Positions 25,298 through 36,401 of a stretch of 64,000 nucleotides of DNA are shown here, piece by piece. Positions within the stretch are counted from its first letter, which is position 1, and each line of letters begins with the position of its first letter. The notes beneath the pieces were generated by a model. It ran no database searches. It was not told the DNA's origin and saw only the letters and a list, made by a program, of their open reading frames with translations. The stretch lies in the IMG/VR virus record IMGVR_UViG_3300028284_000001, one strand, 5' to 3'. The translations under genes and the position numbers were made by a program. The stretch is from a virus.

Positions 25298-28111
25298 TTA
25301 TTTTGGTGCGCCAGGAATATTGTGCCATACAATACCATCTGCTATATAAATATCTTGATCTTCAACTCCTACCGAATATGTAGCAAAATCTACTTCCGGA
25401 GTTACAATTTCAATATTAGTAACCTCAGTCCAAGCACCGTTAATATAGAACGAATCACCGTTAACTACACTTCCAGCTTTCTTGAAAGAAATACTACCAT
25501 CAGCCGTTTTTGTTAAAACTGGATGTTCGTGTGTAACCTTAGATAAATCATTATTAAAGTTAATATATTTATTATATGTACCCTCGTTTACAAAAGTTAC
25601 AGTTGTTGTGCTTTCAACAGCAGTCCATCCTTCTGCATTTGCAGTATAAGAGCTTGGCGGTTGTTCGTTTTCATTAGTTCCAAGACCTGTAATGCTATAT
25701 GATTTCAATACATCACCAACTTCTAGATCTTCAATTAATTTAGTTGTACCATCAGCTAAATGCATTACGGTACCTGCAAGGTGACACCACGCTGCTAGTA
25801 CTACCCACATACCTGTAACCGAACCTGATGCTAAAGTACCACCCCATGCGGATCCGTCAAATATAACCTCTGTTCCGTTATTATTACCGCCTTGTTGTCC
25901 TGCGCTTTCCGTCCCATCATTTTCGAACCAGAATTTTGCAAAACCTGAACCACCTGTATGTGGATCTGAGCCGTTAGTTCCGGAACTCGCACTTTGTGCC
26001 CCTATAAGAGAATCAGAGACATATACGTATGAATTAGCTGAATCTAATTGGGTCCAATTGTACCAGTTAAAGTCACTGGTAGACGCAGATCCACCTGTAA
26101 GTGGAGGACCTTGTACGCCGGAATTAACATCTTGCCAAGTAAATTCTTGGATGTTATATCCAGAGGTAAAATCATCCTGGTCTTCCCATCCAAAATAATT
26201 TTGTGAGCTTCCTGTTCCAGGCGTTAGCCATGAAAATGTAAACTCTTCAACAGGTAGTGAACCTGCAACAGTCACTGGTATAGTTTCGTTCTGGCCTTGG
26301 TTAACATATTGTAGTGCAAACCTGACCCAATCACCATTAGGCCCCATTGTTGGGTTAGGAGCTACTGTACCTCCAAAAACAGTAACGGTTACCTCATTAG
26401 TATTTGTAAATGCTACATGCCCTTGCTCTTTTACTACATATAAGTATGCAGATTGAGTAGTACCAGATATACCCGGTATTGAGACTAGGGAACTAACCGG
26501 AGACGCTCCGTTCATATTGTCATCTAATACTGCACCTGTAAAGTTATCAGTTAAATTCCAAGTTGTTGTATATTCAGGCGCGCTTGATCCAACTGCAGGG
26601 TCTACACATGTAAATGCATTCCCTGAATTACTAAATCCACTAGGAACATTAAAGGCAAGAGTATAATTACTAGCTCCAGCAGCATAATACCCTGGAGTTA
26701 CAGAAGCTGGTTGTATAGGAACGCCGTTCCATGTTAGAGTAAAGGTTACTGCTTCACCAATAATACCATTATCAACTTCAGCTACTAAACCTGCAGTGTT
26801 ACAATCAAATGTTGCTGTTCCATTTACGTTTTCAACCTGACATGTAACAGTACTACCTTCGTTATCCCAAACACCACCGGTTGGAACTTGAACTACTACA
26901 TCATAAGTGTTTACGCCTGCTACATAATTTGCAGGTGAAACTGAAATTACAGTTCCCGCATCAGCAGTTGCTGTTATCGGATCGTTAACTACACCATCAG
27001 CTATTTCTACTTCTGCATCATCACATTCAAAATCTGGTAAAGCAGTATATGAAGAAGATTGTGTTACACTTATAGTTTCAGTAATTGTATTACCTGCATT
27101 TGTATATCCTGTAGGAACTAAAATTGAAAGAACTAAACTAAGTGTATTAGAACCCGCTGTAGTATTTGGCGGGAACGAAGCCGGAGCTGAAGTCACATTA
27201 CTAGAGTTTCCTTGATCAATATTTACTGTTCCAGCTGGATTAACACTTGCAGAGCCTGTCCAATTTGAATAAGCAAAGTTAGAGATAACACTTCCATCAG
27301 GTCCTAAGACTAAATCAGAATCATCATCCATTGATATTGTATTACTAGAACCGCCACTACCACATGATCCGTTTAATGGTGCCATACAAAATTCTAACCA
27401 TGATCCATCAATGAATCCTTCGAATTTATTACCACCTGGGTTATATCTTACCATACCGTCAGTACCAACTACACTTGTATCGAAATTATCTAACGTTAAT
27501 GTTGTTGCTACTACTGTAGGAACATTAATTTGAAATCTAACATCTGGTGCATTACCGGATATCGGTGCAACAGAAGTAAGATTATATCTAACGTAATTAG
27601 GATCTGATACTACATCTTCAGAACTAATTAATATTTTATTATTTGCATCATGCCATAAAGTAATATAGCCATCAACAATTGTATCAGTAAAAAAGTCATA
27701 GTGTCTACCAACATTCAAAGTAGATCTTAAACTTAAATCACCGTCATTTGCATTTGAACCAATATCTTCAAAAGAACTATCACCTAACCAAATTACTGGA
27801 GTTTCCTTATCATCGCCTCTCTTAGGCTTTAATACAGTAACGTTGTTTACCCCGTCATTTGAGTTTAAATCGATCTGTATCTTTTTCCACGGGCTAGTAG
27901 TCTCACCAGAGTCTCCTTTAGCACCTTTATTACCCTGGTCACCCTGTGGTCCAGTTTGACCAACAACGCCTTGTGTACCTTTACCACCTTTAGGGCCTTC
28001 TGGTCCACCGCCATTAGCAACAATCTGATCAAAATTATAGTTAATCTTATCAAACTTGATAATATCAGAGTCGCTTGGGTGTAATATTTCTTGAATGTTA
28101 ATTACCGGCAT
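25298..28111 (-). CDS. Tail fibre/adhesin with collagen repeat, repeated beta domains and a C-terminal Hint domain
   Basis: (Gxy)n near the N-terminus; three VP-x-G-x2-3-N-x-G repeats; C-terminal CHLAGT...IEDLEVGD...VTHEHP...YIADGIVWHN. Confidence 0.8.
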   Translation of the reverse strand: MPVINIQEILHPSDSDIIKFDKINYNFDQIVANGGGPEGPKGGKGTQGVVGQTGPQGDQGNKGAKGDSGETTSPWKKIQIDLNSNDGVNNVTVLKPKRGDDKETPVIWLGDSSFEDIGSNANDGDLSLRSTLNVGRHYDFFTDTIVDGYITLWHDANNKILISSEDVVSDPNYVRYNLTSVAPISGNAPDVRFQINVPTVVATTLTLDNFDTSVVGTDGMVRYNPGGNKFEGFIDGSWLEFCMAPLNGSCGSGGSSNTISMDDDSDLVLGPDGSVISNFAYSNWTGSASVNPAGTVNIDQGNSSNVTSAPASFPPNTTAGSNTLSLVLSILVPTGYTNAGNTITETISVTQSSSYTALPDFECDDAEVEIADGVVNDPITATADAGTVISVSPANYVAGVNTYDVVVQVPTGGVWDNEGSTVTCQVENVNGTATFDCNTAGLVAEVDNGIIGEAVTFTLTWNGVPIQPASVTPGYYAAGASNYTLAFNVPSGFSNSGNAFTCVDPAVGSSAPEYTTTWNLTDNFTGAVLDDNMNGASPVSSLVSIPGISGTTQSAYLYVVKEQGHVAFTNTNEVTVTVFGGTVAPNPTMGPNGDWVRFALQYVNQGQNETIPVTVAGSLPVEEFTFSWLTPGTGSSQNYFGWEDQDDFTSGYNIQEFTWQDVNSGVQGPPLTGGSASTSDFNWYNWTQLDSANSYVYVSDSLIGAQSASSGTNGSDPHTGGSGFAKFWFENDGTESAGQQGGNNNGTEVIFDGSAWGGTLASGSVTGMWVVLAAWCHLAGTVMHLADGTTKLIEDLEVGDVLKSYSITGLGTNENEQPPSSYTANAEGWTAVESTTTVTFVNEGTYNKYINFNNDLSKVTHEHPVLTKTADGSISFKKAGSVVNGDSFYINGAWTEVTNIEIVTPEVDFATYSVGVEDQDIYIADGIVWHNIPGAPK
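25319..25786 (-). other. Hint (Hedgehog/intein, BIL-like) autoprocessing domain
   Basis: Block A Cys1, block B TxxH (THEH) and terminal His-Asn followed by IPGAPK-stop. Confidence 0.85.
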
Positions 28112-28117
28112 TTCTTA

Positions 28118-31100
28118 TTATGACTTTATTTTTACCATAGGTCTAACTTCGTAAGAGTAGCCTAATCTTTTATTATATATCAACCTAAAATTAAGAGGCT
28201 GTTGTTCGTGTGATTTAAACGTAAAGTTTATATCATTAGAGAATGCTCCATCGTCTAAATTATCAATGCTGTCTGTTGATAAAATTTCAGAGAATTGACC
28301 CTTTCTTCTACTTGTGTATAATTTTATTTGATCTAAATTAAATGTATTAAGTAGGTTGTTTTCAACGTATAATAACGCATCATCTTTAGTTGTTGTTTTG
28401 TCACCTGCAGAATTAACAGCAGTTACAAATTTATTTATTGAATTTAGTACACCATCTGAAGATAATAACTTCTTAAGCGTCGATGTAATATAAAAATCCA
28501 TATAAATGTAATCCTTATTTTCAAATGATACTACATCATACTTTTCATCACCGTTAGCTAAAATTCGATCTTGCTGTTCTTGTGTTTTAGTAGCATACGA
28601 AGTAAAGTTAGTAATATTATATGAATCTTTTATCTTCATAATAGTAGAGCCTAAATAAGATCTTTCTTCTTTAGTTTCAAAAGTACCAGGTACTTGTTCA
28701 AATAAACCACCGGACAAACTTCTAGTATAATAGTTTTTATCCCAAGAAGACTTAAATACATTTATATCTTTTTTGTCTATTGTAACCTCACCGATTAAAG
28801 GATAAAGAGGTAATTTATCAGTAGACTCAGATAGTTTAGTTACTGCCGCAGCATTAGTTTCATTTACTTTTCTGTAAAAATGATTTTTAATAATACCCCA
28901 TCCATTATCATGTATGTTACGATCTTGTATGTAACCTAAGTTAAATGAAGTTCCACATCTATTATATTTCTTATAGTAATCTCTAGCCAATTCAACTTCT
29001 TTAGCATTTGTTAATGAATGCTTATACATTGATTCTTCAAATAAGATTTCAGTTGGGTTAGCAGTAGACTGTAAAGTGTTTGTTTTAAAATGAGTATATG
29101 TGTCAGTAAAAGTTACAATCGGATTTGTTGATATTGTATAATCACCATTATGTCTAACTAAGAATGGATAATATGTATCACTTACAGATAATTCGTAACC
29201 TATTGTACCTTGTTTTAATTTAAACGTTTTAGGCTTTTCTTCGTCTGACACTGTAACTAACATAGATTGTTTAATTACTTCTACTCCACTTTCGAATTGA
29301 ATTTCAAATCTATTAGAATTAATAGCACCATCAATCTCAACTGTTGTATATTTAATTGAACCATCATTATTCTTTAATAAATCAGACACCGCTGATACTG
29401 ACAGACTGCCTAAGATCGAAGTGAAGGCATTTTTACCCCCGCCTTTATATACATAAGTAGCAGACGTTTGAAGATAACCAGCAATATTAGAAACATTAAC
29501 CGGGTTGCCGTTTAAATCAACAGGGGCTGATGTTAAAGTAAGTTGAGCTTGGTCATCAATAGATGCAATCTTTAATTTAAAAGTAACAGGACCACTCGAG
29601 TCTTGCACCGTTACATATATGTTTCCAAATACTTCATTTTCATCTGGATTAATTTGATCTAAGAATTGAGGTAATCCCCCATCAACATGATCTATTCCAC
29701 TCGCTATTAAATAATCAGCAGCAGTTGGATCTGTAAAATTAATGTCATTCAGATTTAAAGCTCCGCTTATAGCAACGTCAGAATAACTAAAGTTTTCTGT
29801 CTCATGGTTCCATACAAAGCTGTGATTCATTTCATATAATAGTTTCCTATTTAAAGCACCATCAATCCATAAATCATCCATAGATATTGTAATTAAAAAT
29901 ACAACAAATTCAAACTCCTTATTTTGAATAACTTCATATTCAATGTCGTTCGTAGCTTGTCCACCTCTAACCATAACTAAAGTACTAAACTTATAGCCAT
30001 TAAATTCAGAAGATTTCACAAAATCATTAGTTGTAATATTTTCAAATTCTTTTCTATTCTTAAAAGAAACTTTAATACCTTTAAATAAAGTACTACCAAA
30101 CGATGCGTCGTTACCGCCTGAAACATTTGTATATTTCTTTTGTAAATTTGTTTTAATAAAAGATTTAATACCGTTACTATCAGTTTTCTCAAAACCTTCA
30201 GTTACCATAAATCTATCAAAGTAATTATATGAAGTGCTCTTAAAGTGAGATGCATTTAATTCAAAACCTTCTAAGAAGTTTACATAACTAAACGTATCAT
30301 TAAGCTGATCGTATTTTAAATATTTTGGTACATTATCTAAATAAAACCACTCATGTGTCATACCTAGTCTATCTCTACCTTCAGCATCAAAATCTGGTGA
30401 GAAGTTAGTTCTTCCAAATGCTTCGTTTGAGTTTAAATGATAACCCTCTTCTCTTACAGTCGTACCATCTTTTAATACCCACTTGTTAATATTAGGAGTT
30501 ACTCTAGATCTTACTGCAAATTGCTTAAGATTATTTTCTTGTAATCTATCATATTCACTCCATAGTTTAGATTCGTTATATGAATCCAATCCTTCTTCTG
30601 GTAAAATACCTCCAATACCAGTAAAGTAATTAACAGGCTCATCTTCAAATTCACTATCGAAAACGGTTAATGTGTTAGTAGTACTTTGTTGAGGTTCATA
30701 ATTAATATTAGCCGGAGTTTCAAATTCTAATTCTTTTAGATCTGAATTTGATATATCATAAAAATCAAAATCCATATCATGAATATCGTACGCTGAAAAT
30801 AAACCAATCCTAGCAACATTATCTGCATATACATTTTGCTCTCCAGAAGCTAAAGTGTTTATGTCTTCTAAAATAATTTTATTGTATATAGTATCAGCTC
30901 TTTCTATATCTTCCACTATATCAATAACTTTGTTGTACACATTGTCTGAATTTGTAGCAATTAAATCACCAACATTAATGTCAGCAACAGAATCTTTAGT
31001 TACTAATATAGATTTCCCAGCAGAATTACCGCCGTTCATATAGTACACTTGATTTACATTAAATATAACATCGCTTAAATTAAGCAATCCATTTGTATTA

Positions 31101-34100
31101 GCATTTGTTATAGAATCTCTATTGTTTACATCTAAGAAAACAGCAGAGTTTGCATTAGGAATTAAAATACCTGATTGTAATCTTCTATAACCTTTAATAT
31201 TTGATTTGACATAAAAGTAATCAGCACCATCTTCAATAATAGCCGTAAAATCAATAGGACTATTATTAACACATTCCGTAATTGCTTTAGCAATATCAGC
31301 AAAGTTACCTTGAGATGAGAACGAAGTGCTCTCGTATGTACCTGATGGTAAAACTGGCGAAGCAAAGAATGTTGAATTATCTAATTTAACGCTTGTTTGA
31401 ATTTCAGACACTTTAGCGATTGTACTTGAAGTTAAAGGAACCGTAGCTTCAAAAGATATTTCTAAATCTGAAAGAGTTGCATACTTATCTGTAATATAAA
31501 TAGTTTTATCTATATCAGATCTTTCTATTTTAATACCAGCACTATTACCGTCTGGGTATAAGTTTTGAATAGTATCAAATGTATCTGAAAGAGTTGTTCC
31601 CGTAGCTATTACGTGTTCAATTGGAGTACCTCCTTGTATATTTAGCTTTAACTTCCAGCCTTCACCTGCAATATGTCTTAAGAATTTAATAGAATATGCA
31701 GATTCTTTAGAATCAAAAATTACAAATCTATCATTAGATTGTGGAATTCCAGTTACCTGTACTTTATTAAAATCAAAACCTGCTGAATCTTCTTTAATAA
31801 CATCTATAGAGTTACCATTAGCAGCTAGTTTTATTTCAGAAGAAATACTATTATCACTATCTTCTACAATTACATTTAAACTGCTAGTCTCATAAGCAGC
31901 CCTAGATGATATTTTATAGAATGTATCACTTACCGCAACATAACCTAAAGTTGGAGTTCCGGAAATATGTTTGAATGAAGGTATTGCAGATTCTGGAGAG
32001 TCATTAATATCAGAGCTTAAAGTCTTAAATATAATGTTTCCATTTTCTGCTGTAGATATACTACCACTTCCTGAATCAATATCGTTTACATAAAGTCCAA
32101 AATATCTATTAATAGAATAATCAGAAGCGCTGTTATCATCAAATAAGAATTCTAAATTAATAAGATTTGCACATGCTAAGTTGTTTCTTTGAAAGCCATC
32201 ACTAATAATTTGATTACTAGCAATTAATGGACTATCATTTCTTACAAAATCTTGATATAAAAATTCAGGCTTTGATGCAAATCCGCCTTTAACTAAATCA
32301 ATACCTCTGAAATTTGATTTCTCACCTTTAGCAAAATTAAATTGTATTGGCGATTTAGGGAATGCTTCTGCATTAACGTGATTTCTAATATATTTACCTA
32401 AAGAAGATTCTGAAGTTAAATCAAATGTCTTAACAATCTCAGAGTGTTTAAGTATATCTTGTATGTTTTCTAAATTAGATCTATCGTCAAAATCTAATTC
32501 TCCAACTGGATCGTTAACTCTAAATACTACAAATTTCTTAGGAACTTCTTTATCCAACCAGATTGGAGCTAACATTCTAAAATCTTCATCATGAATTTTA
32601 GAGTAATTATATGTAGTACCATAATGATACACTTCTTCTATTTGCTTATTGAAACTATCTTGAACTGAATAGTCAGAATAATCTGATCTCGTAGCAAACA
32701 TTATATCTCCTGGCGTGTAGTTAGACTTATAGAATCTCTGTAAATCATAAGACCATTTACCTGTAGCATTAAGTTCCCATTTTTTATATTCAATAGATGC
32801 TAATTCTTTTGTAGCATCAATTGATTCAATAAAGATCTTATTAGAACTATTAGCAACTAATTTTGCATTAGTAGATAATTTAGGGTTTGTTCTTAACAAT
32901 GGTTTAGAAACGTTATCCAACGTGTAGTTTGTTTCTAAATCAAAATTAGGTAAATTTCTATTTGTAATTATTGCATTATCAAGCGTTGGAAATGTATAAG
33001 ATAGCCATGTTCCAGTTTCTGAATCACACAAATAACAAATGCTTCCATTTGCACTACTTTCTACAATATCTTGTTGATATAATACCGTTGAGTTACTACC
33101 AAATCCTAAATCAACCGGGTTGATAGATATTGGTTTTAAGTCAACATCTAAATTTTGTTGATATGTTCCTATTTCAACTTCTAACTTGTCAATTGCATCT
33201 TCAATGTTAGTTGCTATAATTCTATTAATATAGGTATAACAATTACCATCTACTTTAATTTGCGCACGTTCTCCTAAGTTTAAAACATCTGAAGTTCTAA
33301 GAGTTTTAATGAAATCTAAAATATAAGAAACATCATCTCCGGATTCTGATGCAAAATGTAAACCATCTATTACATATAATGGGAAATAAGGCTGGGTTCC
33401 AGTAGTTAATCCCGGATCTAATTGAGCTTCACATCCATAAAAAACATAATACATCGATTTAGAAGAATCGCTTTCTAGCCCAATCGTAGTATCATTTGGT
33501 GGTCCTATAATAGGCAAATCTAAAAGAGGCCTTACGTAATCGGCGTTTGGCAAACCAATGCCGTCACCACAACCTCCTAATATAGAGCCTACGTTTGCAA
33601 TTTCCAATACATTGTCTGAATCAAAACCGTACCACCTGGTCGATCCTGCATATCCAGTTGCATTATCATTATCCCATACTACGAAACCTCCTGTGGTAGC
33701 GTCTAATATCACTGAACTAGGCTGTAATAGTGTATAATCTAGAACAGTAGCTCCTCCTTGTGTAGCAAAGACTCTAACTTGTTTTTGGGCTAATTGTAAT
33801 AATGTATAATCAGGTGATGTTCCATTAGGATCTGGTATACCATTACCATCTAATCTTGGAGATCTATACCATATAATTATGTCATCAAATAATGTATTAA
33901 CATCTGCCCATGTTTGGTAAGTTCCGAATACATTACATACCGACCCAATATCTGTTGGATCTGGCGTAAACCATTTTACAGAAAGCCATTTAGTATCATA
34001 TACTGTTGCAGGAACACATTCAAATAAATTTGGATCAGGTGCACCAGACACTCCATTTGCTAGCCAAATGCCGGCGTCGACAATATAGTATTGTAATGGA

Positions 34101-36325
34101 CTTTGTTGTAACGCAGTATCTGTATATGAACCGCTCGGTGCTAATTGTTCTGATGGCGCAGTAGATCCTGAATAAGAATTTGCTACAGCTTCACTTGAAA
34201 ACAATTGACCATTTGCCGCAACAACGTCTGATAGTGTAGTGTTAAAACCACCACTATTAAGTTCTCCAATATTTTGCCAAACCTCAACTTCAACCACAGA
34301 CGACTCATTATCACATAATGGACCATAGTTTTCTTCATAAGATACTAGTATTGGCCATGCGCTACCAGTCGTAACATTACAGTTTACAATTTCTTCAAGA
34401 GTTGCCCCAGAAGATATCTTTATAGCTCTTACTGTGTTGTTTGCAGTTTCTTCAGCAGAAAGCCATGGCGATCCTGCACTAAAAAAATTAACAGGTACTG
34501 TTAGAGCTTGATCTTGGTATAGTTGATAACCCGGTCCTATTGGTAAATCCGATAAGAACGTTGAAAAAGCAGCTAAATTTGTATTAGCACTAGTATCATA
34601 CCAGTATTCTAATGGACCTCTAGTTAAATTACAAACAGTAGTGCTTGAGTTTCCAAAATTAGAAACCAATACTTTTCTAGAAGCAGCTGCAGATGATTCA
34701 AAAGTAAATGTTATATTTTCACTAGCATCATATCCTCCGTAAAAATCTACTACTTTAAGAGTTACACTAATACTATTAGAGACTGCCGTTGCTGTCACCG
34801 AAAGTATTCCGGTAAATGTGTTATATGCTGCATTAATTGGACCCGATTGACTCTCGATTGAGACTGTTACATCATGATTTTCAGCATCATTTGTTGTAAT
34901 TGCAGCACTCTCCCATTCCATACCAACTGCCATTGATATTGTACTAGGAGGTGATATTGTAAACGTAGGAGCAGCATTACTAGGAGTTAGTACCTGTATT
35001 TGTATTTGACCTATATCAGTTAAACCATACTCATCCGTTGCTCTAAAATAAAATACTTCAGTTTGTGATGAATCATTTGGGGTAAGATCTACACTTGTTG
35101 TATACGTAAAACCCTCTGTAATATTTGGAGTTGGAGCAATAGCTCCCGCTTGTAAGTTTTGGTTTATCTGAGCAAGTGTTATTACATTACTTCCGTTCTG
35201 GTCATCAACCCAATCGTATGTTACAGTTGGAGTATTCTCATCAGTTGCCGTTCTTTGAAATGATGTTGTATTACCATTTTGCCCCTGTAATGAAACACTA
35301 ACAGGATTTGCACTTGGTGCTACGTTAGCAGGATCATTAACTGTAATTTCTACTTCCGCAGCGAACAGTTGTTCTTGCCCGTTTGAATCTTCCGCTTTAT
35401 AGAAAAAAGCATCTGTGTTTCCACCTGCAAATGAATTATTTGGGTAATATCTAATTTTTAAGGGATCTGCGCCCGTAATTGTAGTAGGGGTTGTTGTAAT
35501 ATCAACTCCCTGTAATGTTTTAAGCGTTCCATTCGCAGGAAGCGCTGTTATGTTTATTGTATAACTTTCTGATTCAGGCTCTGTAACATGCTGTGAAAAA
35601 TCTATTTCCTTAAATGAACTGCCATCTCCGGCATTCACCATATTAGTAATTACATTATTACTGACCGGTGGTAGATTAACACTACTATCAGTAATAGTAA
35701 CTGTTACAGTACTGTTTCCAGTGTTTGTCACACCGTTAACATCAGCAGCATCTAATACTAATTCAAGAATTTCATCACCTTCATTAAAAGAAATGTCTTC
35801 TGCAATACTAAAACTTTGAGACCAATTACCCGAAGAAAAAGTTCCGGAAGCTACCCAATTGGCTGGGACCACTAAATCGTTGGCATCTATTGTAGTATTA
35901 GCACCAAGAGTCCAGCCTATACTATCAAGTGTTCCTCCTGATGGGTCTGCATTTACTACAAAATTTACTGTAGTTCCCTCATTTGTTGATGAAATATTAC
36001 CGGCAGTTTCTAAAACATAAATAGGATCTGGGGGAAGTGTCGTAGTCGTAGTTACAGGCGATTGGACGACACCTACATCACTAATCTGTACTACATAGCC
36101 AACAGTATTTATAGAGTACCACCAGTAATCATCACCTCCAACTACTTCGTTACCCGTAGTTAAGCCTGCATCTGTAAATAATACGTCGCCAGCTTCTAGA
36201 TCTGTGCTACTTCCTTGTGCCGCCTCGTCAAAGTGATATGTTATAGTATTTACACTTCCAGGTCCGTTTGTCCAAGCACCCGCTTCTGTTGTGTACCCAC
36301 TATTATGAAATATAATTTGTGCCAT
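28118..36325 (-). CDS. Giant virion protein (2735 aa) with N-terminal Ig/cadherin-like repeats
   Basis: N-x-[AP]-P repeat starts (NLPPVS, NVAPSA, NAAPTF), Calx-beta-like EGDE segment, Thr/Ser/Asn-rich; GATATATA at 36364-36371. Confidence 0.65.
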   Translation of the reverse strand: MAQIIFHNSGYTTEAGAWTNGPGSVNTITYHFDEAAQGSSTDLEAGDVLFTDAGLTTGNEVVGGDDYWWYSINTVGYVVQISDVGVVQSPVTTTTTLPPDPIYVLETAGNISSTNEGTTVNFVVNADPSGGTLDSIGWTLGANTTIDANDLVVPANWVASGTFSSGNWSQSFSIAEDISFNEGDEILELVLDAADVNGVTNTGNSTVTVTITDSSVNLPPVSNNVITNMVNAGDGSSFKEIDFSQHVTEPESESYTINITALPANGTLKTLQGVDITTTPTTITGADPLKIRYYPNNSFAGGNTDAFFYKAEDSNGQEQLFAAEVEITVNDPANVAPSANPVSVSLQGQNGNTTSFQRTATDENTPTVTYDWVDDQNGSNVITLAQINQNLQAGAIAPTPNITEGFTYTTSVDLTPNDSSQTEVFYFRATDEYGLTDIGQIQIQVLTPSNAAPTFTISPPSTISMAVGMEWESAAITTNDAENHDVTVSIESQSGPINAAYNTFTGILSVTATAVSNSISVTLKVVDFYGGYDASENITFTFESSAAASRKVLVSNFGNSSTTVCNLTRGPLEYWYDTSANTNLAAFSTFLSDLPIGPGYQLYQDQALTVPVNFFSAGSPWLSAEETANNTVRAIKISSGATLEEIVNCNVTTGSAWPILVSYEENYGPLCDNESSVVEVEVWQNIGELNSGGFNTTLSDVVAANGQLFSSEAVANSYSGSTAPSEQLAPSGSYTDTALQQSPLQYYIVDAGIWLANGVSGAPDPNLFECVPATVYDTKWLSVKWFTPDPTDIGSVCNVFGTYQTWADVNTLFDDIIIWYRSPRLDGNGIPDPNGTSPDYTLLQLAQKQVRVFATQGGATVLDYTLLQPSSVILDATTGGFVVWDNDNATGYAGSTRWYGFDSDNVLEIANVGSILGGCGDGIGLPNADYVRPLLDLPIIGPPNDTTIGLESDSSKSMYYVFYGCEAQLDPGLTTGTQPYFPLYVIDGLHFASESGDDVSYILDFIKTLRTSDVLNLGERAQIKVDGNCYTYINRIIATNIEDAIDKLEVEIGTYQQNLDVDLKPISINPVDLGFGSNSTVLYQQDIVESSANGSICYLCDSETGTWLSYTFPTLDNAIITNRNLPNFDLETNYTLDNVSKPLLRTNPKLSTNAKLVANSSNKIFIESIDATKELASIEYKKWELNATGKWSYDLQRFYKSNYTPGDIMFATRSDYSDYSVQDSFNKQIEEVYHYGTTYNYSKIHDEDFRMLAPIWLDKEVPKKFVVFRVNDPVGELDFDDRSNLENIQDILKHSEIVKTFDLTSESSLGKYIRNHVNAEAFPKSPIQFNFAKGEKSNFRGIDLVKGGFASKPEFLYQDFVRNDSPLIASNQIISDGFQRNNLACANLINLEFLFDDNSASDYSINRYFGLYVNDIDSGSGSISTAENGNIIFKTLSSDINDSPESAIPSFKHISGTPTLGYVAVSDTFYKISSRAAYETSSLNVIVEDSDNSISSEIKLAANGNSIDVIKEDSAGFDFNKVQVTGIPQSNDRFVIFDSKESAYSIKFLRHIAGEGWKLKLNIQGGTPIEHVIATGTTLSDTFDTIQNLYPDGNSAGIKIERSDIDKTIYITDKYATLSDLEISFEATVPLTSSTIAKVSEIQTSVKLDNSTFFASPVLPSGTYESTSFSSQGNFADIAKAITECVNNSPIDFTAIIEDGADYFYVKSNIKGYRRLQSGILIPNANSAVFLDVNNRDSITNANTNGLLNLSDVIFNVNQVYYMNGGNSAGKSILVTKDSVADINVGDLIATNSDNVYNKVIDIVEDIERADTIYNKIILEDINTLASGEQNVYADNVARIGLFSAYDIHDMDFDFYDISNSDLKELEFETPANINYEPQQSTTNTLTVFDSEFEDEPVNYFTGIGGILPEEGLDSYNESKLWSEYDRLQENNLKQFAVRSRVTPNINKWVLKDGTTVREEGYHLNSNEAFGRTNFSPDFDAEGRDRLGMTHEWFYLDNVPKYLKYDQLNDTFSYVNFLEGFELNASHFKSTSYNYFDRFMVTEGFEKTDSNGIKSFIKTNLQKKYTNVSGGNDASFGSTLFKGIKVSFKNRKEFENITTNDFVKSSEFNGYKFSTLVMVRGGQATNDIEYEVIQNKEFEFVVFLITISMDDLWIDGALNRKLLYEMNHSFVWNHETENFSYSDVAISGALNLNDINFTDPTAADYLIASGIDHVDGGLPQFLDQINPDENEVFGNIYVTVQDSSGPVTFKLKIASIDDQAQLTLTSAPVDLNGNPVNVSNIAGYLQTSATYVYKGGGKNAFTSILGSLSVSAVSDLLKNNDGSIKYTTVEIDGAINSNRFEIQFESGVEVIKQSMLVTVSDEEKPKTFKLKQGTIGYELSVSDTYYPFLVRHNGDYTISTNPIVTFTDTYTHFKTNTLQSTANPTEILFEESMYKHSLTNAKEVELARDYYKKYNRCGTSFNLGYIQDRNIHDNGWGIIKNHFYRKVNETNAAAVTKLSESTDKLPLYPLIGEVTIDKKDINVFKSSWDKNYYTRSLSGGLFEQVPGTFETKEERSYLGSTIMKIKDSYNITNFTSYATKTQEQQDRILANGDEKYDVVSFENKDYIYMDFYITSTLKKLLSSDGVLNSINKFVTAVNSAGDKTTTKDDALLYVENNLLNTFNLDQIKLYTSRRKGQFSEILSTDSIDNLDDGAFSNDINFTFKSHEQQPLNFRLIYNKRLGYSYEVRPMVKIKS

Positions 36326-36401
36326 TCAGTTTTATCTTATTTATAGAGATCTTTCGTCTCTATTATATATCAAGATTATTATCTAACTAAATGAAGGATA
36401 G

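Noticed and set aside
25319-25786. Hint domain as a classical mobile intein
   Set aside because: It has no homing endonuclease, no C/S/T at +1, and sits at the extreme C-terminus rather than within a conserved enzyme motif.
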